From Octopus vulgaris (taxonomy: Eukaryota): 64,000 bases of DNA. Below are positions 55,493 through 64,000 of this stretch, one piece after another. The DNA lies in assembly GCA_951406725.2 (NCBI GenBank), contig OX597836.1, positions 28,272,001 through 28,336,000 of the forward strand, given 5' to 3'. Every line of letters starts with the position of its first letter. Within the stretch, counting starts at the first letter, position 1. The position numbers and the translations under genes were made by a program. The notes under the pieces were generated by a model. It worked only from the letters and a program-made list of their open reading frames with translations, searched no databases and was not told the origin of the DNA.

Positions 55493-55548
55493 ATCTTACA
55501 GCTGTTTCTGGGATATCCCCGAGTATGGAATATTCCATCACCAGAGAC
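55493..55548 (-). ncRNA. minimal type-I hammerhead ribozyme relic (Penelope-type)
   Basis: Minus strand reads gtct-CTGGTGA-tggaatattcc atactcg gggatatccca-GAAAC-agct-GTA-agat, with palindromic stem III ACAGCTGT. The core has A6>G. Confidence 0.6.
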
Positions 55549-55973
55549 AAATAAGGGGAAAAAAAAAAGAATTTCTTCCTAGAATAATATTGTATATGAC
55601 TTGAGATCTTTGCCTTGCCTTAATGTTTGTTGCCCTGTTTAACAATTATAATTCCGCAGCATCAAAAATCTGCAATGGCTCCATAACAACCGTCTCGGTT
55701 ATAACCTTGGAGCCCCAGTAATCCGTTACAGCACTTACCTAGCATACCTAATCGTTTAGATCACCTGTGAACTAGACCTCCATACTTTGTACACACGTAT
55801 ACACATATATACAAATACATATATACACACACATACATACATATACACACACATACATAAATACACACATACATATATATATACACACACATACATATAT
55901 ATATACACACACATACATACACACATACATACATATATAACACATACATACACACATACATACACACATACAT

Positions 55974-56028
<55 letters not shown>

Positions 56029-56417
56029 TATACATACATATGTACACATATACTTCCTGTAATATTTCTCTGCAATTTTTTTCCTGTTACCTTTTTTCGC
56101 TCTCTTGGATTCAGCCGTTGTAAGTGAGGAAAAATTGATATTTTTCTTGGATCAATAAAAAGACGCTTTCCAGGAACTGAAAGAAAAAAAAATGCCCCAT
56201 CCCACACCATTAATTACTGCTGAGTTTTGCTTTGATAAGCAAAGCTATAAACCTTTAATGGCACTAAAAGAAGTAAGAGAAATATTTCGCAACAGGCTTT
56301 AGTATTCTCTCTGTCTACAAAGTTATAAGCATTCTTTAGAAATAACAATACAGGGTGTTTCAGAAAATGTGATATCATTTCGCACCACTGAAGCTACAGG
56401 AAGTATATGTGTACAAA

Positions 56418-56464
<47 letters not shown>

Positions 56465-57059
56465 GTGTATATATATATGTATGTATATGTGTATATATAT
56501 ATATATGTATGTATATGTGTATGTATATATGTATGTATATGTGTATATATATGTATGTATATATATATGTATAGGTGTATATATATGTATGTATATGTGT
56601 ATATATATGTGTATTTATGTATGTGTGAATTTATGTATGTATGTATGTGTGTGTATATATGTATGTGTATATGTGTGTACAAGGTATGGAGGTTTAGTTC
56701 ACAGGTGTGATAATAATAATACAGATATATCACTATTAGTGGCTGTATAGAAGTAAATGTATTTATAATCATTATAAACATCATCATCTTTGATTAGTGT
56801 TGTTTGTTTTATTGTTAATATTATACCATAAAAGTTACAAAATATATGAAACAGTTAAGAAGATGAGGAAATAAGAGAGAGAGAGAGAGAGGAGTCATAA
56901 TTATATACAAATCAATATGTTTTGGTATTGCTATTACAATATTGTCATTTGTTTGCGGGGTTTTTTTTTTCTTTTTGGTAGGGTGAGTTTTGCTATTTGT
57001 TTTTAAATGTTTTTGTTTTCTCTCTAGTCCTTTTATGTTCCGTTTGCACTCGTTCTTCA

Positions 57060-57940
57060 ATGTTAGCAACCTTCCAAACATTCTCTGCAGCATTAGCAAC
57101 CTTCCAGATATTATCTGTGGCATTAGCAACCTTCCAGATATTATCTGTGGCATTAGCAACCTTCCAGATATTACCTGTGGCATTAGCAACCTTCCAGATA
57201 TTATCTGCAGCATTAGCAACCTTCCAGATATTATCTGTGACATTAACAACTTTCCAAATATTATCTGCAGCATTAGCAACCTTCCAGATATTATCTGTGG
57301 CATTAGCAACCTTCCAGATATTATCTGTGGCATTAGCTACCTTCCAGATATTACCTGTAGAATTAGCAACCTTCCAGATATTATCTGTGGCATTAACAAC
57401 TTTCCAGATATTATCTGCAGCATTAGCAACCTTCCAGATATTATCTGTGGCATTAGTAACCTTCCAGATATTATCTGTGGCATTAGCAACCTTCCAGATA
57501 TTATCTGTGGCATTAACAACTTTCCAGATATTAACAGCCTTCTAGATATTCTCTGCAGCATTAGCAACTGTCAAGATATTCTCTGTGGCATTAAAAACCT
57601 TCCAGGTATTCTCTGCAGCATTAGCAACCTACCAAACTTTTGTCATAACATTAGCAACCTTTCAAACATTATCTGTGGCATTAACAACCTTACAAACATT
57701 CTCTGCGACATTAGCAACCTTACAAACATTCTCTGTGACATTAGCAACCTTACATTCTCTGTGGCATTAGCAACTTACGGACATTCTCTGCGACATTAAC
57801 AACTTTACAAGCATTCTCTGCGACATCAGCAACCTTACAAACATCCCCTGCAACATTAGCAACCTTAAAAACATTCTCTGCGACATTAGCAACCTTTCAA
57901 ACATTTTCTGTGACATTAGCAACCTTCCAGATATTTTCCC
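57060..57940. repeat. 30-bp minisatellite (CATTAGCAACCTTCCAGATATTATCTGTGG)n, about 29 copies
   Basis: Direct tandem repeat; open in several frames on both strands. Confidence 0.95.
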
Positions 57941-58558
57941 ACAGAACATGACTGACTACCAAACTTCCAAACTATCCTCATAGTGTTAGCAATCTTCCAG
58001 ATGTCCTCACCAGCGCTAGCACTTACCAACATATTCCCCCACAGAATCAGCAATTTCCCACAATACTGGAAATCTCTCAGACAATCCACACATTGTTAGC
58101 AATCTTTCACACATTCTCCTAAATATCCAATTCTGTTATTAATGTTGTTGCTGCTGCTGTTGCTGCTGTTCAGCGTTGCTATTGTTGTTACTACTGTTAC
58201 TACTACTACTATTACTACTACTGCTACTACTACTACTATTGTTGTTGTTGTAATTGTTGCAGTTCATGTTGCAGTTGTTAATTCACACTACTGACATTGT
58301 TCTGTACAGCAACCGAACACATCTTTATGTGTGTGATAATGTGACAAAGTTCTTATGTTACTGTACGAGGGAATTACAGGTGTGTGCGTGTGAGTGAGTG
58401 AGTGGGAGGGAAGGTATGAGTGTAAATGAAGGTATGTGTGCGTGAGCATTTGAAGAATTCTGGATTAGAAAAGAGAAAGAAGAAATGGCTTTCAGTGGGA
58501 AGATTGTCTGTCTGTGTTATGTATACACGTACACATATATGTATGTATGTATGTGCAC

Positions 58559-58589
<31 letters not shown>

Positions 58590-58802
58590 TATATATATGT
58601 ATGTATGTATACATGTATATATGCATGTATATTTGAAAAAATGAATGGAAATGGTTTGCCTTATAATTTTTCCACTTTAATAATTAGATATAAACACCTA
58701 ATCCCGAAAACGGAAAAATTGCCGAAAAAAGCCTTTTCTATTCATTTTTTCAAATATATAATACTGTACCAACAACGTTCTATTTCTTATTCAACTATAC
58801 AT

Positions 58803-58877
<75 letters not shown>

Positions 58878-58934
58878 CATATATACATACATGTTTGTGT
58901 ATACAATGTGTGATGTGATACATACACGTAATAT

Positions 58935-59695
58935 ATACTGTGGTACATGAAAAAGTCGCCTGGGTTCTGTAGCATAGGGGAAATACAGAAATGAATTTAC
59001 ACACACAGAAAATACCCAGCCTTTCGTTTGCAAGCGTCATTTCAGTTATTTCGACCACTTGTAACTGCTGAACGAAGGAGGTACATTAGTCGATTGTTGG
59101 CTGCATTGCCCTCACCACATTAGTTGATTGTAAGATTGCATTGAGTGAATATCTCTAGTCTTTTCTGCAAGATGATGTACTCAATAATGGAAAGAATGGA
59201 GATGGTGGAAGCATATGTGAGAATGGGTTCTGTTAAGCAAACACATGAAAATTTTGAAGTCAAGTTTCCAGGGAAAGGCTTACCTGCAAAGAGAACAATA
59301 CAAATGTTGGTTAAGAAGTGGCACGCTACGGGATTATTGTGCAATGCCCCAAAACAACGAAACCCTACTGTTTGAATGTCGGAAGTTATTCGGGACATTC
59401 GCAAAAGAATTATTAGAAGTCCAAAAACGTCAATGCGTACATTGACGCAGGAGGTCAAGCCAACAGGTATTGAAAAGTCTAACATTGAAGCCATATTATT
59501 TCACGTGTACAGCAATTAAAAGTGGATGACAAAAGTAAATTACTGCACATGGCTTCTGAATAGCAGTTGCAAGAGCTCAAAATAATTCAATGACACAAAG
59601 AGAAGGCTGGATACTTTTTCGCGCCTGTGTAAATTTATTTCTGTATTTATACTGTGCTATGAAACCTGGGCTACTTCATTATGCATTACCCTGTG
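58935..59695 (+). mobile_element. degenerate Tc1/mariner element with imperfect TIRs
   Basis: YSIMERMEMVEAY...FEVKFPGK.LP.KRTI..LVKKW..TG is an HTH. AAGTCGCCTGGG...AAATACAG is inverted against CTGTATTT...CCTGGGCTACTT. Confidence 0.65.
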
Positions 59696-59699
59696 TGTA

Positions 59700-59730
<31 letters not shown>

Positions 59731-60259
59731 GTATGTAGAGGTTATGAGAGGTAATGGTAATTTTTTTTTATATGTATATATGTATGTATGTATATATATG
59801 TGTGCGTGTGCATGTTGTGCTACAAACACACACTGTATATTTTCTAATTTGTTCTTGCTTTGTTGTTTTCAGCAGTATTCTTGAGGACCTTACCAACTGT
59901 AACATGAATTGAAAGAGATATACAGATATATACAAGCATACACACACTCACACACAGAACCATACTCACACACACAGCCATACACATTCATTCATCATAT
60001 GTCCATAGAGACTGTACATAAAAAAATACTAAATCCTGATACCTGCAAATGTGCAACATTTGTAGCACACCCAAATTGAAAACGCAAAAGAAAAAGAAAA
60101 AACAGGACAGTGGCATTGCAAGTGCACTCAGCCGTCCCATGCACACATGCATCAATGTCTTTCGGCTAGCAGGAGTCCAATGAATGTGTGTGTGTGTGTG
60201 TGTATGTGTGTGTGTGTGCGCAATACAGTGTTACAAGACGTAGAGGTATGAGGTGAACA

Positions 60260-60520
60260 CTAGTGACAGCCACAAGCCTTCACCTTCATACTTCGATATT
60301 TCTTGAGAATGACATTGGAATTATCATCAAAGTAGAGCACAGAGATGGCACTCAGTTTGGTAGGGGAACAGCAGGGCTTAGGCATTGTCTGAGATTTCAC
60401 TGTATGAAGCAGAAGTTGTACAATGGCATGATTTGTGGCGTTCATGTTCAGACCGAGTGGAAATATGCAGTCGCCGTCGCAGTAGAATGCAGAGTAACCC
60501 TCAGGTGCAATGATCCAACT
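60260..60520 (-). CDS. BMP5-8: BMP5-8 copy B, terminal exon
   Basis: Reverse complement of 20058-20318 with one synonymous change (CCT/CCA). Intact ccgcAG acceptor. Confidence 0.95.
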   Translation of the reverse strand, partial: SWIIAPEGYSAFYCDGDCIFPLGLNMNATNHAIVQLLLHTVKSQTMPKPCCSPTKLSAISVLYFDDNSNVILKKYRSMKVKACGCH

Positions 60521-60867
60521 CTGCGGGGGAAAAAAAGGAGAGAATAAAGAAAAGAGCAAATGAAGAAATAATTACGTCTTTTAATTGATTCCTTACATAG
60601 GAAAGGGGCCAGAAATGTGTGACACACACAGATTCATGTATACTCAGATACACACATGGATACACAGATGCACACAGCCACATACACACACACAAATACA
60701 GACATGCATAGATGCACACACACAAACACATACATGCGCACACAGATACATAGATACACACGCATACAGATACGTACACATACACATGCAGATACACACA
60801 TGTACAAACACAGATACATACACATACAGACATGCACACACACACAGATATGCGCATTTACACATGA

Positions 60868-60982
60868 TGCAATGATCCAACTCTGAGGGGGGGAAAAAGG
60901 AGAAAATAAAGAAAAAAGCAAATGAAGAAATAATTATGTCTTTTAATTGATTCCTTACATAGGAAATGGGTTATAAATTTGT
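60868..60982 (-). pseudogene. truncated duplicate of the BMP terminal-exon acceptor plus its first 5 codons (SWIIA)
   Basis: About 100 nt of intron end + cctcAG|AGTTGGATCATTGCA, about 360 bp upstream of the functional acceptor of copy B. Confidence 0.85.
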
Positions 60983-62019
60983 AGGGGACAGAGAAGGAAA
61001 GGGAAGAAATACTTGACAAAATCAATCCCTAATATTAATAACAGGTGTATCTTTTTTATCATCATCATCATTTAATGTCCATGTTCCATGCTGGAATGGG
61101 TTGGATGGTTTGACAAAATTCCATGAGTCCAAGGACTGCATCATGCTCTGGTGTCAACACTGGCAAGGTTTCTACGACTGGAAACCCTACCTAACACCAT
61201 CCACTTTACAACATGCATTGAGTGGGTTTTTTTTTTTTTTGTGCCACCAGCACTACTGAGATCACCATGCAGCTCACAAATCTACAAACCCCAGGGGAAA
61301 TTGGGAGGTAGTGGGGTCAGCATTATGCTAGGGGATGAGAGATTAAAGTACACAAGAAGGGAGTCATAGCAGGTTTTTGAAGAAGAGCTGCAGTTACTAA
61401 CATGTAACATGATTACTCACATGTGGCATGGTTACTCATATGTGGTGTGGTTACTCACATGTGGCATGGTTACTCATATGTAGCAGGAGAGAGAGAGAGA
61501 GGTGATCAGTAGGTGTATGATCTTTTACTGATCATAAAGGTATAAAAAAATCAAACTGACCTGATAGTATTTGAACCCCAAATCTACAGACTTGTAACTA
61601 AACTCTACAAGCTATTTTATCAAGTCTTTTACTATTTCTGCCAATTCACAGTTTATTTCTATTACATTTTATTTGTTAAATCAATTATTTCATTTATCAT
61701 ATCATTTCAATTATTAATCTCACTCAGTACATTAAATTATGGAGGACAATTTGACCATGTACTTAAGTCCAGGGCCTTGATATATCTGATGAAGCCATGG
61801 CCTTGACTTCTACATGTCCAAGGTGATGTATAGTAGGACTGAACCAGAAACCAAATGGTTTGGAAGCAAACTTCTTAACCATAAAACCTAAAAGATCATG
61901 ACGCGAAGCTAAAATGGATCGGTATCGCTCCTCTAGGCACCAAATTATCTAGAAGGTTGGATATTTTGAAAGAGAAGACTAATGGTTAATGACAAACACA
62001 CACAAATCTTTAATCTCAC

Positions 62020-62087
62020 CTGCCAGCCTAAATCTTCAAAGTCAACATACATCGTCTTTCTTCGACAGACTGGTCGTACATAACGTC
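62020..62087 (-). CDS. BMP5-8: BMP5-8 copy B, start of mature domain
   Basis: ttctAG/GTgaga. RYVRPVCRRKTMYVDFEDLGWQ. 68 nt, the same length as in copy A. Confidence 0.93.
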
Positions 62088-62155
62088 CTAGAAGAAGAGA
62101 AGAGAGAGAGAGAGAGAATGAAACGTGTAGAACAAGACGTTGATAATCACCAATA

Positions 62156-62186
<31 letters not shown>

Positions 62187-62524
62187 CATCATAGGATGGT
62201 AGGCCCACATAACCAACTGACCAACCCACTTCTGTTGTCCACTGTCAATATGTGAATAGACCATCATCATCATCGTCATTTAATATCCATGTTCTGTACT
62301 GGTATGAATTGGACAGTTTGACAAAGATCTGCTGGGTTCTAGGACTGCATCACACTCCAGTGTCTGCTTTGACATGGTTACTATGGCTTGATGCCCTTCC
62401 TAATACCAACCATTTTACATTGTGTATTTGATTCTTTTTTGGTGCTTCTGGCACTATTGAGAGTGCAATGTAGCTCACAAGATTACAAAACCCAAGGAAG
62501 GTGAAAAGTGAGCATCCTTCTATT

Positions 62525-62681
62525 GCGTCCCCAAAGTCCATCCCCTCCTCACCGTGGTGGGGACGCTGGCAACGGGTAGTGTCAGAGCTATGCCGTCAGG
62601 AACTTCAGTTCCTGGTAGGGCCACCCAAGGCAGATTGGTCTGACACCGAGTGGTATTAGGGCCACAACCCGGCAGACGGGG
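62525..62681 (+). ncRNA. HDV-like self-cleaving ribozyme fold (possibly decayed) at the 5' end of an RTE-derived element
   Basis: P1 GCGTCCCC/GGGGACGC; L3 TCACCGT; P1.1 CA/TG; branched P4 (CGGGT/ACCCG, GTGTCAGA/TCTGACAC, CAGGAAC/GTTCCTG); J4/2 GCAGA; P2 CCCC/GGGG. P3 has a T-T mismatch. Confidence 0.6.
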
Positions 62682-62923
62682 CTCTGGTGAAAATCCTTGG
62701 AGTGTCTACTTCAGCAACCGGCAGCTCCTCGGTCGTTCTGCTCCTGCGTCTGCGGAAAACAAGATGTCTCTACATGCGGGATTGTTGGGGACCGCTTGTC
62801 AAATCCACATATTCCCACGAAACTTCTTCCATGATTTCTCAATGGCGAATACAATGCCTCAAGGGTGGTGGAAGAAGCCGACTCAACCCGCCTCAGGGTG
62901 AATGTCGCCACAAGTAAAGTAAG
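62525..62923 (+). mobile_element. ~400-bp non-autonomous RTE-type retroelement
   Basis: GC-rich island. The GAGCTATGCC...TAGGGCCACCCAAGGCAG segment resembles RTE/BovB/Expander 5' UTRs. Ends in a short AAGTA-type tail. No TSD seen. Confidence 0.55.
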
Positions 62924-63283
62924 ATGGTGATTGAAATATGCAACATGAGGTTCATGTTGTACAGGAGATACAAGGCTACTTACATTTAGGAAAGAGAGTG
63001 AGAATGAATCAGTGATACATAGTGTGAAAGGGATAAATAGCAGTGGAAAAAACCCCTACATGCAATCATTTAGCTCCTTCCAAGATCACAGCTGTTTATG
63101 GGAGGAGCAGATACATATGCAACAGAGTAAACTAAATTCAGAGATATTGACATTGTGGATCTAGACTAGACATCATACTATTTTTAAATCTCACAATGTG
63201 AAATATTCAGCAACAGTACTTTGTAGTAAAGATTGCTTGCCAACATAACATGGCAGTCCTGGGGGTCCACAAGCAAGATATGG

Positions 63284-63682
63284 GGATCTTTTCGGTTTGA
63301 ACAGCAGTTTTTAACATAATTTCTAGGTAAATAAAAAATTTTAAACTTCGTATACTGGTAGAATGTGTTTATAAAACATCTTTTTCTCTTGGCTTTATTG
63401 AGAAAATTCTATAGTTTGTAAGATATTTGTTGTTGTTTTTTCTACAATTTCTGCAATTTCAAACAATCAATGACATGTATTGAGGTAAAAAACATTCTGT
63501 GCCGTATGAATATGTCCCTCGTTTAAGAAACAGATTGGGTTTATTTACATTTGTGAAGAAAAAAAGATACCCTAACCCTAAAACAGATTGAAATGCAATA
63601 GATCGATACTAGGGTCATAATTATGGGTGACAATTTCATATGACACCGCTACTAAAAACTGCCGTTCAAACCGAAAAGATCC
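63284..63682. mobile_element. MITE, same family, in a BMP copy B intron
   Basis: Near-perfect TIRs; TSD AGATATGG on both sides. Confidence 0.92.
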
Positions 63683-63785
63683 AGATATGGTTGGGAACCT
63701 CTGGTCTAAACAATGGGCCACCATATGACTTTGGTCATGACTGTAACCTCAACGGAAAACATGGCATAGAAAATAAATAACTAAC

Positions 63786-63980
63786 GTGTTCGTCTCCACG
63801 TCCAATGAGAATCATCACGATGTGAAACTGCTGTACGAGTATCCATTTGCCGCCGTGCAGAACGTGTTCGTCGTACATGAAGCTGTTGACTCATCTTGAA
63901 AAAGCAGACCAAAAATGCCTGTTTATCGGGGTCTCCTCTATGTCCTACAATACCGATATGGTTGGGTCTTAATTCTTGAC
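63786..63980 (-). CDS. BMP5-8: BMP5-8 copy B, furin-site exon (gene continues beyond the window)
   Basis: ttgtAG/GTtagt, 195 nt. GQELRPNHIG...FFKMSQQLHVRRTRSARRQMDTRTAVSHRDDSHWTWRRT. Confidence 0.93.
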
Positions 63981-64000
63981 CTACAACAATGGAAAGAAAA

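Noticed and set aside
57060-57940. CRISPR-like regular array
   Set aside because: Units are contiguous with no unique spacers, the context is eukaryotic and there are no cas genes; the same applies to 1788-2160.
61785-61820. CTGATGA hammerhead core
   Set aside because: No downstream GAAA box or stem III/cleavage triplet.

Overview
AT-rich, microsatellite- and repeat-dense animal genomic DNA. The SINE/MITE/LINE repertoire looks like that of an octopus (coleoid cephalopod); this is an inference. Four genes can be built by hand with GT-AG, phase-consistent splicing. (1) The last five exons of a BMP5-8/Gbb-type TGF-beta ligand on + (5882-20318). (2) A single-exon HYLS1 centriole/ciliogenesis gene on - (26270-27553) with an RFX X-box just upstream. 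(3) A complete 7-exon, 525-aa flavin amine-oxidase-fold gene on - (33713-49875). It has a signal peptide, a C-terminal KEEL ER-retrieval signal and substituted catalytic residues. (4) A second, inverted BMP5-8 paralog on - (last three exons, 60260-63980). The two BMP copies face each other across about 40 kb. Their last exons are almost identical (1/261 nt), while upstream exons differ by 5-9% with amino-acid changes, and copy B keeps a broken duplicate acceptor that looks like a template-switch scar. Other notable items are an HDV-like ribozyme fold heading a ~400-bp RTE-derived element, decayed Penelope-type hammerheads, several long inverted repeats, Helitrons and multiple MITE families with visible TSDs. 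Most ORFs in the supplied track are microsatellite or repeat artefacts.
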